Assembly (NCBI RefSeq): GCF_000621645.1
Contig: NZ_KK211324.1
Span: forward strand, 88,921-120,920
Direction: 5' to 3'
DNA length: 32,000 bases
From: Vibrio cholerae ATCC 14035
Lineage (GTDB): Bacteria > Pseudomonadota > Gammaproteobacteria > Enterobacterales > Vibrionaceae
This document shows positions 18,413 to 28,944 of this stretch, piece after piece; the first letter of the stretch is position 1; each line of letters starts with the position of its first letter. The notes below the pieces were generated by a model, which saw only the letters and a program-made list of their open reading frames with translations, was not told the origin of the DNA and ran no database searches. The position numbers were made by a program, and so were the translations under genes.

Positions 18413-19480
18413 ATGGCATTGTTTCAATCAGCCCCACACTCCCTCTGTATCCTGCGTTTATCGGCGATTGGTGATGTCTGTAATACGATAGCTGCCGTAC
18501 AAGCGATTCAACGCCAATGGCCGCAAACACGCATCACTTGGGTGACGGGTAAACTGGAAGCAGAACTTATCCAATCTCTGCCCGATATTCAGGTCATCGT
18601 GTTTGATAAAAAACTCGGATGGCGTGCTTATACTCAGCTTTGGCAGCAATTAAAGTCCGAGCGTTTTGATGCGCTGCTGCACATGCAGTACGCTTTTCGC
18701 GCCAGCATTGCGACTTTGGGGATCAAAGCGCGCTATAAACTGGGTTTTGATGCAGCGCGCAGCCAAGATTTTCAAACTTGGTTTACCAATGTCAAAGTTC
18801 CCTCACCGGACAAAATGCACGTCTTAGATGGTTTATTGGCATTCGTTGAGCACTTAGGTATTCGCGATATTGAGCCTAAGTGGTCACTCACCTGCCAACC
18901 TGACGATCTGACATGGGCTGAGGCGCAGTTTCAGCCCGAGCAGCCTCGCTTAGTTGTGGTGCCCGGAGCAAGCAAAGCTTATAAGAATTGGACGGCAGAG
19001 GGCTATGCAGCAGTTATTGAACATGCCCAACAACAAGGCTGGCAAGTGATCTTGGCCGGAAGCCCAGCACAAGTTGAGCGCGATCTGGCCGCGCAAGTGG
19101 AGCAAGCACTCGCTCACCCCGTCTTAAACTTGGTGGGAAAAAGCACGCTGCAACAGATGCTCGCACTGATCGCAAAGGCAGATTTGGTGATCGCTCCCGA
19201 TACAGGCCCTGCGCATATGGCTAATGCCATGAATACACCAATCATTGGTCTCTACGCTCACCATAATCCTGAGCGCACAGGTCCATACCATTATCGCCAC
19301 TATGTCGTTTCCGTTTACCAAGAAGCTTTACTTGCGGAAACCGGTAAAACGCCGCAGCAGGTTGATTGGCGCACTCGGGTTAAAGACCCCAATGCGATGC
19401 AGCGCATCACTGCGCAACAAGTGATTGCGATGTTTGAGCGTGCCGCTGCTGACATCATGGCCACACAGGTGAACGATTGA
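18413..19480 (+). CDS. waaC: GT9 heptosyltransferase, most likely heptosyltransferase I
   Basis: LCILRLSAIGDV, HVLDGLLAFVEHLG, KNWTAEGY and PDTGPAHMANAMNTP follow the WaaC layout better than the other unassigned GT9 genes do. The specific I-versus-other assignment is inference. I prefer ATG 18413 to the track's TTG 18407. Confidence 0.55.
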   Translation: MALFQSAPHSLCILRLSAIGDVCNTIAAVQAIQRQWPQTRITWVTGKLEAELIQSLPDIQVIVFDKKLGWRAYTQLWQQLKSERFDALLHMQYAFRASIATLGIKARYKLGFDAARSQDFQTWFTNVKVPSPDKMHVLDGLLAFVEHLGIRDIEPKWSLTCQPDDLTWAEAQFQPEQPRLVVVPGASKAYKNWTAEGYAAVIEHAQQQGWQVILAGSPAQVERDLAAQVEQALAHPVLNLVGKSTLQQMLALIAKADLVIAPDTGPAHMANAMNTPIIGLYAHHNPERTGPYHYRHYVVSVYQEALLAETGKTPQQVDWRTRVKDPNAMQRITAQQVIAMFERAAADIMATQVND

Positions 19481-19522
19481 TACACCTTTTATACCCAGAT
19501 TTATTCGTAACGAGGATTTTTC

Positions 19523-20302
19523 GTGAGTAAACCAACGCTTGCTGTCGCATTGATAGTAAAAAATGAAGCGCGTCATCTGGATGAGTGCTTACAAACCGTG
19601 CACGACTGGGTTGATGAGATCGTAGTGCTCGATTCTGGCAGTCACGATGAAACCGAGCAGGTCGCGCGTCGTTACACTGAAAATTTTTACGTGAATGCAA
19701 AGTGGCCGGGCTTTGGCCCGCAGCGCCAACTGGCACAATCTTATGTCCAATCGGATTATGTGCTGTGGCTGGATGCCGATGAGCGAGTGACTCCAGAGCT
19801 CAAGCAGAGCATTTTGCAAGCCGTTGCTGCCAATAAGCCCGATACCTTGTATCAATTTGCACGCCTCAGTTGGGTGTTTGGTCGCTTTATCCGCCATAGC
19901 GGTTGGTACCCTGATCGCGTACTGCGCCTCTATCCAACTCAACTGACTCGCTACAATGACGCATTAGTGCATGAAAAGGTGCACGTTGAACCAAGCATGA
20001 AAGTCGAAACTTTAGCGGGCGATGCGATTCACTACACCTATAACGATGTGCATCACTATCTGGTGAAATCCGCGGGTTACGCCAAAGCGTGGGCGGATCA
20101 ACGTCAAGCGAAAGGCAAGAAGGCTTCCCTTTCTCAAGGCATCGTCCATGCTGTGGGCTGTTTTCTGAAAATGTATCTGCTCAAGCGCGGTTTTTTAGAT
20201 GGAAAACAGGGATTTTTAATTGCACTGCTCTCTGCACACTCTACCTTTGTAAAATACGCAGACTTGTGGGCACGTGATAATGACGAGCACTACAAACGCT
20301 AA
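19523..20302 (+). CDS. GT2 LPS core glycosyltransferase of the WaaE/KdtX/LgtF type (probably a beta-1,4-glucosyltransferase acting on heptose I)
   Basis: 259-aa ORF with a GTG start. It has [28 protein letters not shown] and the DxD motif LWLDADE. The roughly 257-aa size matches KdtX/WaaE. Confidence 0.7.
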   Translation: MSKPTLAVALIVKNEARHLDECLQTVHDWVDEIVVLDSGSHDETEQVARRYTENFYVNAKWPGFGPQRQLAQSYVQSDYVLWLDADERVTPELKQSILQAVAANKPDTLYQFARLSWVFGRFIRHSGWYPDRVLRLYPTQLTRYNDALVHEKVHVEPSMKVETLAGDAIHYTYNDVHHYLVKSAGYAKAWADQRQAKGKKASLSQGIVHAVGCFLKMYLLKRGFLDGKQGFLIALLSAHSTFVKYADLWARDNDEHYKR

Positions 20303-20336
20303 GTCGATATCTATCGAGTAAAGTAACAAAGACAAA

Positions 20337-20358
20337 GGGAGCCGCAGCTCCCTTTTTT
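20337..20358 (+). terminator. Rho-independent terminator between the convergent GT2 and GT9 genes
   Basis: gggagc-cgca-gctccc is a perfect 6-bp stem, followed by tttttt (20353-20358). Confidence 0.7.
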
Positions 20359-20363
20359 AATGA

Positions 20364-21401
20364 TTAAAGCTGCACACTACGCAGCCAAGGCGCAAGCTCA
20401 GTCAATACGCTCTTCATATCAATCCGACCCATGTTCTCTTGGTTTGCTTTATCGTCTGCAGGCGGCGGACAAAAAGCGATGTGCTTACCTTGCGAGTTGA
20501 GTGGTCGCCAGCGCAGTGGCGTTGCTGAACGCTTGGCTGGGAAGAATCCGACCGTCGGCACATCCAAGGCTGCCGCGATATGCAAAGGCCCTGTCGAGCC
20601 CGCAATGAAAAGCTGCGCGCACGCCAGTGAGCGGGTGAAATCAACCAACCCGTCATTTTTGGCGTACAAGGCTGCCAATACTCCTTGCTCAGCAAGTAAA
20701 CTTTGCAATTGCGCCGCTTTCTCTTCTTCACCGGGACCTGCGGTGAGCACCACTTGTTTGTGCTCATCCATCACTCCTGTGACTAACTCACAGTACTGCT
20801 CAAGGGAGAGATTATTCGCTGAACCACCACTGCCAGCATGCACAAAAAGCCACGCTTTGTCGGGGCCAATGTCTAACTGCTCAGCAAGTTTGCTGCGCTG
20901 CGCTGCCAATTGCTCTGCTGGAAAGGTCAGATACGGTGCATTAGGTTCAATAATCGGCTGGCCGATATCACGCAAAAAAGCGCGTACCAAATCGAGGTTG
21001 TATTCATATTCCGGTTTGGCCGATTGCGAGCGCTTTTGCTTAATGCGGTGCTGATAGAAAATCTGCGCCAATTTGGTCGCCGGCGCTAAACGGTAAGGAA
21101 TGCGCGCTTTCCACACTAACAGTGCGTTATACATAGTCGAAAACAGGTTGATGGAAGCATCAAACTGCTGTGCTTTAACTGTTTGCACCAGTTGCTTATG
21201 CTGCGCCTTATCAGCCTGTTGGCCGGGGTCGATGATCACCGCGTCAATCCATGGACAAAGCTCTGCCAATGCGGCGGTATATTTCGGCACCAGCGCGGTG
21301 ATATGACAATCCGGCAGAGAAGCTTTCAGCATGGCGAAACTTGGCCAAGCCAGCATAAAATCGCCAATTTTATCGTTGCGAATAACCAGTAACTTTTTCA
21401 T
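20364..21401 (-). CDS. GT9-family heptosyl/glycosyltransferase
   Basis: 345-aa ORF with LLVIRNDKIGDFMLAWPS and the AGSTGPLHIAAALDVPTVG donor loop. Confidence 0.7.
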   Translation of the reverse strand: MKKLLVIRNDKIGDFMLAWPSFAMLKASLPDCHITALVPKYTAALAELCPWIDAVIIDPGQQADKAQHKQLVQTVKAQQFDASINLFSTMYNALLVWKARIPYRLAPATKLAQIFYQHRIKQKRSQSAKPEYEYNLDLVRAFLRDIGQPIIEPNAPYLTFPAEQLAAQRSKLAEQLDIGPDKAWLFVHAGSGGSANNLSLEQYCELVTGVMDEHKQVVLTAGPGEEEKAAQLQSLLAEQGVLAALYAKNDGLVDFTRSLACAQLFIAGSTGPLHIAAALDVPTVGFFPAKRSATPLRWRPLNSQGKHIAFCPPPADDKANQENMGRIDMKSVLTELAPWLRSVQL

Positions 21402-21505
21402 TGTGCTCGATAAGGTGTGAAATTTTGCGTGCTCATCATACCGACTTCATAGGTAAATGTGAGGCTTTTTGTTAGGATGAGGCCACTTCCCTGATTGATG
21501 AGTAA

Positions 21506-22006
<501 letters not shown>

Positions 22007-22038
22007 CGCTTCAAAGGGATGCAAGCTCACATCCCTCA

Positions 22039-22102
22039 ATCCCCTTCCTACTTGAAGCTGCAGCGATGTTGGCTACCTGCAACTCTAAGTCGTTTGGGTA
22101 TA
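22039..22102. repeat. Intergenic repeat, long copy (atccccttcctacttgaagctgcagc...ctgcaactctaagtcgtttgggtata)
   Basis: Its ends match 23467-23511 in the same orientation. The internal arms acttgaagctgcag / ctgcaactctaagt form an imperfect inverted repeat. Confidence 0.7.
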
Positions 22103-22912
22103 TCAATGCTGGCACTGCGGGCAGAAAAAGGTATTGCGCTGAGCAATTTTCTGCTCGCAAAGCGGCTCTCCACAATGGGGGCAAGGCTGTTTGGCTTTGC
22201 CATACACTTGCAGCTCTTGCGCGAAATAGCCCGGCTTACCATCGCTTTGGGTAAAATCTTTCAGTGTGGTGCCGCCTTGCTTAATCGCCACTTGCAGCAC
22301 TTGTTTGATGTTCGCCACTAAGGTTTGCCACTCCTCTAAGCTCAGCGAATGAGCGGGGCGTAGTGGATGGAGGCGTGATGTAAACAGCGATTCATTAGCA
22401 TAGATATTCCCCACACCCACGACCGCTGCGTTGTCCATGATAAAAGCTTTGACTGCAATGCGTTTGTTGCGCGCTTTGTCCATCATATATTCAGCGTTAA
22501 AAGCTTCGGTCAACGGCTCAGGCCCCAAACGCCCGAGCACTTCATGGCTCTCATCAGGCGCACACCATAACCAAGCCCCGAAGCGACGCGGATCGTTATA
22601 GCGCAGCCGTTTGCCGCTGGTCATCACCAGATCCACATGATCGTGTTTCGCGGCAGGAAAATCGCCATCCAAAATACGCAGCGAGCCAGACATACCCAAA
22701 TGCACAATCGCACTGCCGACGGCGGTTTCAATAATCAGATACTTGGCTCGACGATGAATCGCGAGAATGGTCTGCCCTTCAAGCTGTTTCAGCTCTTGAG
22801 GGATAGGCCAGCGCAACTTGGGCGTACGTAACACTAAGGATTGAATGGTGCCACCGACCAAATGTGGGGAGATCCCTAAACGGCTGACTTCAACTTCAGG
22901 TAATTCAGGCAT
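22103..22912 (-). CDS. mutM: Formamidopyrimidine-DNA glycosylase
   Basis: 269-aa ORF with an N-terminal MPELPEVE and a C-terminal zinc finger, CPHCGEPL...FFCPQCQ. Confidence 0.93.
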   Translation of the reverse strand: MPELPEVEVSRLGISPHLVGGTIQSLVLRTPKLRWPIPQELKQLEGQTILAIHRRAKYLIIETAVGSAIVHLGMSGSLRILDGDFPAAKHDHVDLVMTSGKRLRYNDPRRFGAWLWCAPDESHEVLGRLGPEPLTEAFNAEYMMDKARNKRIAVKAFIMDNAAVVGVGNIYANESLFTSRLHPLRPAHSLSLEEWQTLVANIKQVLQVAIKQGGTTLKDFTQSDGKPGYFAQELQVYGKAKQPCPHCGEPLCEQKIAQRNTFFCPQCQH

Positions 22913-22921
22913 GACAACCTC

Positions 22922-23404
22922 TTACAATGGCGCAGGGAATAGATAACTCGCTTCGGCCGAGACCGCAATCCAACGATCTTGCCAGTTTTTTAGCAACCAA
23001 AATTGTGGGGTTTGATAGAAGGTGATCCTTTGTGGCTCTTCGCGATCGGCATACCACACTTCTATCGTTTGTGCGTTTGGCAACGTTGGTTGCAGGGCGC
23101 GATACGTCGCCTCATCCACTTCTGTCCCAGTGAGTGCATGCCAACGCTGCACTAATTCTTGCCCATCAACACTCAACTCAGGCTCCGACTGCCACTCTTC
23201 GCGGCTTTTTTCTAATGAAAACGCAGGGAAATACAACGCCTGTAAGGTGGCGTCTGTTCTCAGTAAGCTTGGAAACTGGCTCGCCGGATCGGGCAATAAA
23301 TAGCTTTTAATCACGGTCGGCAGATTAATCACCGCGATAAAAGCAATCACAGACAAAATCAGAATGTTGTTCCAACGGCGACGTCGATTGGGAGAAACGC
23401 GCAT
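22922..23404 (-). CDS. Hypothetical protein with a single N-terminal transmembrane anchor
   Basis: The ORF has an arginine-rich N-terminus followed by ILILSVIAFIAVINLP. I prefer ATG 23404 (AAGGAG 5 nt upstream) to the track's GTG 23410. I recognise no family motif. Confidence 0.6.
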   Translation of the reverse strand: MRVSPNRRRRWNNILILSVIAFIAVINLPTVIKSYLLPDPASQFPSLLRTDATLQALYFPAFSLEKSREEWQSEPELSVDGQELVQRWHALTGTEVDEATYRALQPTLPNAQTIEVWYADREEPQRITFYQTPQFWLLKNWQDRWIAVSAEASYLFPAPL

Positions 23405-23466
23405 AATCACTCCTTGCGATAAGCAAACGTTTTGAGATTAACAAAGTGCTTAGTGAGATCCTAGTC

Positions 23467-23511
23467 ATCCCCTTGCTACTTGAAGCTGCAACACCAAGTA
23501 GTTTGAGTATA
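23467..23511. repeat. Intergenic repeat, short copy (atccccttgctacttgaagctgcaac..accaagtagtttgagtata)
   Basis: Same family and orientation as 22039-22102, with an internal deletion of about 17 bp. Confidence 0.7.
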
Positions 23512-23571
23512 AGAGGAGCTCTATACCTTGGGCTTTCTGTTATTGGCAGCCAAAACCCAAATAACAGGCAG

Positions 23572-23596
23572 AAAAAAACCCAACCAAAGGCTGGGT
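23572..23596 (-). terminator. Rho-independent terminator of rpmBG
   Basis: The minus-strand RNA reads acccagcc-uuu-gguugggu (8 bp including one G-U pair) followed by seven U. On the plus strand the stem has an A-C mismatch, so the minus orientation fits better. Confidence 0.75.
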
Positions 23597-23630
23597 TTTT
23601 TTACAACACTGTAAACAAGAGCTAAATCAA

Positions 23631-23798
23631 TTACTTGATTTTTGCTTCTTTGTACACAACGTGCTGGCGAACTACAGGATCATATTTCTTGATCTCGAAC
23701 TTGCCAGGCATATTGCGCTTGTTCTTATCAGTGGTGTAGAAGTGACCTGTACCTGCAGATGATACTAGGCGGATTTTTTCGCGAATGCCTTTAGCCAT
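23631..23798 (-). CDS. rpmG: 50S ribosomal protein L33
   Basis: 55 codons, below the ORF-track cutoff. My translation is [65 protein letters not shown] lies between it and rpmB. Confidence 0.92.
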   Translation of the reverse strand: MAKGIREKIRLVSSAGTGHFYTTDKNKRNMPGKFEIKKYDPVVRQHVVYKEAKIK

Positions 23799-23811
23799 TG
23801 CTCAATTCCTC

Positions 23812-24048
23812 TTAAACGTTTTCGCCACGTGCACGGATCTCTACAAGAACAGCATCGATGCCTTTCTTGTCGATGATACGCATACCTTTAGCAGTTAGAC
23901 GTAGTTTAACAAAACGTTTTTCGCTCTCTACCCAGAAACGATGAGTTTGTAGGTTCGGCAGAAAACGACGCTTAGTAGCATTTTTTGCGTGTGAGCGGTT
24001 GTTACCAACTGCAGGACGCTTACCAGTTACTTGGCATACTCGTGACAT
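23812..24048 (-). CDS. rpmB: 50S ribosomal protein L28
   Basis: [34 protein letters not shown]... is canonical L28. I place the start at ATG 24048, not the track's upstream ATG at 24063. Confidence 0.92.
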
Positions 24049-24175
24049 GAATGTCTTCTCCAAATCGTTTCAGCTCGATATCAACCTTGGTGGCCGAACC
24101 TCTCTCTTTCCAAAATCAGAAGTTGAGGTTAAAAACCGTTATGGAATACCCATACAAGGCTATCAAAGGTCGCGC

Positions 24176-24204
24176 ATTATACTAACTTGCCGCACATTGC
24201 TCAA
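24176..24204 (-). promoter_or_regulatory. Candidate sigma70 promoter for rpmBG
   Basis: The minus strand reads TTGAGC (24204-24199), a 17-nt spacer, then a perfect TATAAT (24181-24176). This implies a leader of about 120 nt. Confidence 0.5.
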
Positions 24205-24342
24205 GACCCGAACAGATCCTTTTCGCAGGATTTGCTGATCTTTTTACGGTGCGAGCTGAATCAGGGTTAAAAAATGTCGGGGCATATTAGCAGATTCTCG
24301 CTAACTCACAAGCTTAAAAATGCCGCAAACCATAAGTGTTGA

Positions 24343-25017
24343 CTATATCCAGCCACGTTCAGCAAAAGAGACCACTTCCCCATCACCGACGACAAAATGA
24401 TCCAGCACACGAATCTCAACCAAACCGAGTGCATCACGCAGGCGATCGGTGATCCTTCGATCGGCTTGACTCGGTTCCGCAACACCCGATGGGTGGTTGT
24501 GTGCCAGTATTACCGCAGCGGCATTATGGTGCAGCGCCCGCTTAACCACTTCTCGTGGGTAAACGCTCGCCGCATCAATCGTCCCTTCAAATAAAATCTC
24601 ATCACGAATGACACGATGTTGGTTATCCAAAAACAATATATAGAAGGCTTCTCGTTGGCGATCGCGCAGCACGCTCGATAAATAAAGTTTGGTTTGCTGC
24701 GGACTGGTGAGGGCATCACCGCGCTTTAAGGTTTCAGCGAGATAACGCTGCGTCATCTCCAATACCGCTTGTAATTGAACAAATTTGGCTTCGCCCAACC
24801 CTTTGTGGCGACAAAACTGCTCCTTGGAGGCACAAAACAGTGCGCGCAGCGATCCAAAATCGCGCAGCAGCAGATCAGCTAAGGCGAGCACGTTCATGCC
24901 TTGGGTGCCTGTACGTAGGAAAATCGCCAGCAATTCCGCATCACTTAATGATTGTGGACCGCGTTGCAGCAATTTTTCGCGCGGCATGGATTCGGTGGGT
25001 AACTGTTTTAGGCTCAT
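24343..25017 (-). CDS. radC: RadC/YicR-family JAB-domain protein (UPF0758)
   Basis: 224-aa ORF with an N-terminal helix-hairpin-helix-like region ([14 protein letters not shown]) and the JAMM motif HNHPSG..EPSQAD. Confidence 0.88.
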
Positions 25018-25063
25018 ATCTTTTCTCTGGGTCGGTTTTGCTTACACAAAACAGAGAAAGCAA

Positions 25064-25081
25064 AGGGCCGCAAGCGGCCCT
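25064..25081 (-). terminator. Probable terminator of the MCP gene
   Basis: The minus-strand RNA reads agggccg-cuug-cggcccu (7-bp GC stem) followed by the U-rich uugcuuucucuguuuug. Confidence 0.6.
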
Positions 25082-25128
25082 AATAAAGTTTCGAATCACC
25101 TCAAGCGGCAATGCAATTTCACTGTTGA

Positions 25129-26808
25129 TTAAAGCTTAAAATGCCCAACCAAAGTGCCCATCTGTTGTCCAGAATGGGACAAACTTGCGCTAACGCTTTC
25201 GGTCTGTTTAAAGCTTTCACTAAGTTCATTGACGATCTGCTGAATCGCGACCAGATTTTGGTTGATGTCTTCTGCTACGGCGCTTTGCTGCTCAGCCGCA
25301 GAAGCCGTCTGAATGCCCATATCATGAATTAGGCTTACTGCTTTGGAGATCCCCGCTAAGCTCTCTTTAATCTGCACCGATTCCAGCGCGGTTTTCTCAC
25401 CACGCTCTTGGCTGATGTTCATGCTCTGCACCGCTTTACTGACCCCTTGGTGCAGCGCATTGAGCATTTCACCAATCTCTTTAGTGCTATTTTGAGTACG
25501 ACTCGCCAGTGAGCGTACTTCATCGGCCACCACAGCAAAGCCGCGCCCCTGTTCACCCGCTCGCGCCGCTTCAATCGCCGCATTCAGTGCCAGTAAATTG
25601 GTTTGCTCAGCAATATCGCCAATCACTTTCAGCACTTGGGTGATCTTCGCCGCCTGTTGGCTGAGATCGCCTACCGCAGCAGAGGTTTGGTTCACTTCGT
25701 TGACCAACTCACCAATCCCATCAATCGCCAGATTCACCTCTTTCTGCGCGACAGCAATTTGGCTGTTAGCCGACTCAATCGCTTGCGCGGTCGAGTAAGT
25801 GTTGCTCGCCACTTCGCGCGCCGTGGCGCTCATTTCAGTCACCGCAGCGACAACTTTATCGGTCTCTAAACAGTGACCGTCCATCTTATGGCTGGCTTGC
25901 GAGGTTTGTTGATCCAATTCCTGCGCAGCCGCTTCGACCGTATTGGCCGAGGCGCGGATATCAGTCATAAGCGGATGCAGCTTATCCATAAAGGCGTTAA
26001 ACGCCTTCGCTACATCGCCAATCTCATCTTGGCTCTCAACTTTAATCCGCGCGGTTAAATCGCCGCCACCCGCAGCCACCGCCTGTAGTGAACTCACCAC
26101 ATGTTGCAGTGGTGCAATGCCGCGAGACACCAAAACACTCACCGCAATAATAGTGAACACCAAACCGACAACCGAAAGCCCAATCGCGGAGATCATTTGA
26201 TCGTAGAGATCCGCCTCGCGCTGCGCGCGAAACTCTGCCACTTGGGTATCGACATCATCAATATAGATGCCCGTCCCCAATACCCAATCCCATTTCGGCA
26301 GGTATTCGGCATAACCCAGTTTCGGCGCTTGCGCATTAATCGTCGGTTTGTGCCAAGAGAAATAGAGGAATCCATCGCCCGTTTTCGAGGCATCAATTAA
26401 GCCAGCAATCACCGCCACACCATTTTCATCTTTCATGCCGTAGAGGTTTTTGCCTTCTAATTCAGGCTTAATCGCATGTAGGGTATTGACCCCTTGTGAG
26501 TCGTAAGCAAAGAAATAGCCATCGCTGTCAAAACGCATCGCTTTGAGGATTTGTTTGGCTTGCGCTTGGTTTTCACCGGCTTTATCACTCTCATATAAGG
26601 GTTTCACCGCCGTCACCCCCATCATGAGATAGGCTTGCAGCTCTTTTTTCTTGGCATCAATCAGATCGGTGCGGTAGTTTTCTAGCTCTTTTTGTAAGGT
26701 AGATAACCCACTCTGATAATTCACCGCCATGACCAAGGCGGTAATGACGATCAGAGGAATGACCGTCAATAGCAGTAATTTGGTACGGCTTCGTAGAGAA
26801 GACAGCAT
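25129..26808 (-). CDS. Methyl-accepting chemotaxis protein with a single-Cache-type periplasmic sensor
   Basis: It has two TM segments flanking a periplasmic region with [25 protein letters not shown] ... FLYFSWHKP (sCache-like). A HAMP domain follows, then the signalling hairpin [36 protein letters not shown] prefer ATG 26808 (GGGA upstream) to 26823. Confidence 0.88.
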   Translation of the reverse strand: MLSSLRSRTKLLLLTVIPLIVITALVMAVNYQSGLSTLQKELENYRTDLIDAKKKELQAYLMMGVTAVKPLYESDKAGENQAQAKQILKAMRFDSDGYFFAYDSQGVNTLHAIKPELEGKNLYGMKDENGVAVIAGLIDASKTGDGFLYFSWHKPTINAQAPKLGYAEYLPKWDWVLGTGIYIDDVDTQVAEFRAQREADLYDQMISAIGLSVVGLVFTIIAVSVLVSRGIAPLQHVVSSLQAVAAGGGDLTARIKVESQDEIGDVAKAFNAFMDKLHPLMTDIRASANTVEAAAQELDQQTSQASHKMDGHCLETDKVVAAVTEMSATAREVASNTYSTAQAIESANSQIAVAQKEVNLAIDGIGELVNEVNQTSAAVGDLSQQAAKITQVLKVIGDIAEQTNLLALNAAIEAARAGEQGRGFAVVADEVRSLASRTQNSTKEIGEMLNALHQGVSKAVQSMNISQERGEKTALESVQIKESLAGISKAVSLIHDMGIQTASAAEQQSAVAEDINQNLVAIQQIVNELSESFKQTESVSASLSHSGQQMGTLVGHFKL

Positions 26809-26990
26809 AAGATTCCCTTTCATTATTGTTAGCTTTGTGAATGACTTATCTCATATTCATGGTCTATTGTCTGTGAAATGACCGATGCTTTGCAGCTTGA
26901 CCAGTTCAAGAAAAAGACAAGATTGACACCACTCCGACATTTATTAAGAGCTGTGCTAACATAGCGCGCAGATTTTTTGAGGGATCCCAA

Positions 26991-28190
26991 ATGCAATCAT
27001 TGGCAGGCAAAAAGATTCTGCTCGGTATCAGTGGCGGTATCGCAGCGTATAAGTGTGCAGAATTGACTCGTCGATTGGTGGAGCGCGGCGCGACCGTGCA
27101 AGTGGTGATGACCCACGCCGCCAAAGAATTCATTACTCCGCTGACCATGCAGGCCGTTTCCGGACGTCCCGTATCGGATAGCTTGCTTGACCCTGCGGCA
27201 GAAGCCTCAATGGGGCATATTGAGCTCGCTAAATGGGCCGATTTGGTGCTGCTGGCACCGGCGACTGCCGATCTCATCGCGCGCATGGCCGCAGGCATGG
27301 GCAATGATTTGCTCACCACGCTCATTCTGGCCACCAGCGCACCAGTCGCGATTGCGCCAGCCATGAATCAGCAGATGTATCGCAATATCGCGACCCAAGA
27401 AAATCTACAAACGCTTATCCGCCGTGGTTATCTGACTTGGGGTCCTGCGGCTGGCGAACAAGCCTGTGGAGATGTCGGCCCAGGTCGTATGTTGGAGCCG
27501 ATGGAATTAGTGGCGCACTGTGAAAACTTCTTCGCCCCGAAAATTCTTGTCGGTAAACGCGTGCTGATCACCGCGGGCCCCACTCGTGAAGCGCTCGACC
27601 CAGTACGCTACATCACCAACCACAGCTCAGGAAAAATGGGCTTTGCGCTCGCCAAAGCCGCCGCGCAGCTCGGCGCTGACGTCACGCTGGTCAGCGGTCC
27701 GGTGCATCTGCCAACGCCGGTGGGCGTCAATCGCATTGATGTGCAAAGTGGATTAGAAATGCACAGCGCGGTGATGAAAGAGGCAACCTCACACCAGATC
27801 TTTATCGCGTGCGCCGCGGTAGCCGACTACCGCCCACAAACCGTGGCCGAACAGAAGATAAAAAAGAGCCGTGATAACGACACATTGACCATTGAGATGG
27901 TGAAAAATCCCGATATCGTGGCGTCCGTTGCGGCTCTGACTGAGAATCGACCGTTTACCGTTGGCTTTGCGGCAGAAACGCAAGATGTCGAGACCTATGC
28001 GCGTAGCAAGCTCGTGCGCAAGAATCTGGATATGATCTGCGCTAACGACGTCTCGATTGCTGGCCAAGGCTTTAACAGCAATGACAATGCCTTGACCCTA
28101 TTCTGGAAAGAAGGGCAACACAGCCTACCTTTAACCAGTAAAGACGCGCTCGCTAGCGCAGTAATGCATTTGATTCATGAGCAAATGTAG
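26991..28190 (+). CDS. coaBC: Bifunctional phosphopantothenoylcysteine decarboxylase / phosphopantothenate-cysteine ligase
   Basis: 399-aa ORF with [10 protein letters not shown], the PAMNQQM flavoprotein half and the [25 protein letters not shown] ligase half. Confidence 0.92.
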   Translation: MQSLAGKKILLGISGGIAAYKCAELTRRLVERGATVQVVMTHAAKEFITPLTMQAVSGRPVSDSLLDPAAEASMGHIELAKWADLVLLAPATADLIARMAAGMGNDLLTTLILATSAPVAIAPAMNQQMYRNIATQENLQTLIRRGYLTWGPAAGEQACGDVGPGRMLEPMELVAHCENFFAPKILVGKRVLITAGPTREALDPVRYITNHSSGKMGFALAKAAAQLGADVTLVSGPVHLPTPVGVNRIDVQSGLEMHSAVMKEATSHQIFIACAAVADYRPQTVAEQKIKKSRDNDTLTIEMVKNPDIVASVAALTENRPFTVGFAAETQDVETYARSKLVRKNLDMICANDVSIAGQGFNSNDNALTLFWKEGQHSLPLTSKDALASAVMHLIHEQM

Positions 28191-28348
28191 GCGTTATTTT
28201 CGCCACCTACTTCAACCATTTTTATCAACACGCTTCGAACAACCTCTGAGCTTAGTTACACTTCAAAGGTTTCATCTTTGTCGCAGGCGCTGAGTCTGCG
28301 ACGTAGTTGTTGTTCATCAGCAGTGATAACCAAAAGGAAAAACGGGGC

Positions 28349-28939
28349 ATGGCCGGCAATAAAAAAATCAATCGACGCGAAGAAATCCTGCAAGCTCTAG
28401 CCGAGATGCTTGAATCCAATGAAGGGGCTTCACGCATCACTACCGCAAAACTCGCTAAGCAAGTTGGCGTGTCCGAAGCCGCGCTGTATCGCCATTTCCC
28501 GAGCAAAGCTCGTATGTTTGAAGGCTTGATTGAGTTTATTGAAGAATCCTTGATGTCGCGTATCAACCGCATCTTTGATGAAGAAAAAGACACGCTCAAT
28601 CGCATTCGTTTGGTGATGCAACTGCTGCTTGCCTTTGCCGAACGTAACCCGGGCTTGACACGCATTCTCTCAGGACATGCTTTAATGTTTGAAAATGAGC
28701 GCTTGCGCGATCGCATCAATCAGTTGTTTGAACGGATTGAAACCTCTTTGCGCCAAATTCTGCGTGAACGTAAACTCCGCGAAGGCAAATCCTTCCCGGT
28801 GGATGAAAATATCCTCGCCGCGCAGCTGCTCGGTCAGGTGGAAGGCAGCTTGAATCGCTTTGTGCGTTCTGATTTCAAATACCTGCCAACCGCGAATTTT
28901 GATGAATACTGGGCGCTGCTAAGTGCACAGATTAAGTGA
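28349..28939 (+). CDS. slmA: Nucleoid occlusion factor SlmA (TetR family)
   Basis: [22 protein letters not shown]..., the [26 protein letters not shown], a length of about 196 aa, and a position next to coaBC and pyrE. The track's upstream start at 28307 adds a non-homologous extension. Confidence 0.88.
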   Translation: MAGNKKINRREEILQALAEMLESNEGASRITTAKLAKQVGVSEAALYRHFPSKARMFEGLIEFIEESLMSRINRIFDEEKDTLNRIRLVMQLLLAFAERNPGLTRILSGHALMFENERLRDRINQLFERIETSLRQILRERKLREGKSFPVDENILAAQLLGQVEGSLNRFVRSDFKYLPTANFDEYWALLSAQIK

Positions 28940-28944
28940 GTACA

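Noticed and set aside
20431-21054. 207-aa plus-strand ORF, plus further ORFs at 20414-20767 (minus strand, alternative frame) and at 21100-21392 (plus strand, antisense)
   Set aside because: They lie entirely inside the GT9 gene on the opposite strand or in an alternative frame. The Ala/Ser/Cys/Arg-rich composition is typical of out-of-frame reading of GC-richer coding DNA.
22019-22321. 100-aa plus-strand ORF, plus further ORFs (about 62-64 aa) at 22066-22254 (plus strand) and 22048-22242 (minus strand, alternative frame), downstream of coaD
   Set aside because: They overlap the repeat element and the 3-prime end of mutM, either antisense to it or in an alternative frame. No motifs are present.
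24049-24342. Possible ncRNA or leader regulatory element between radC and rpmB
   Set aside because: A plausible promoter accounts for part of the region. I could not identify a convincing conserved structure by eye, so I make no call beyond the promoter.
26906-27364. 152-aa minus-strand ORF overlapping the coaBC start region
   Set aside because: It is antisense to the strongly conserved CoaBC N-terminus. It is Ala/Ser-rich and has no RBS.
28252-28719. 155-aa minus-strand ORF opposite slmA
   Set aside because: It is antisense to a well-supported SlmA frame. It is Arg/Ser-rich and low-complexity.
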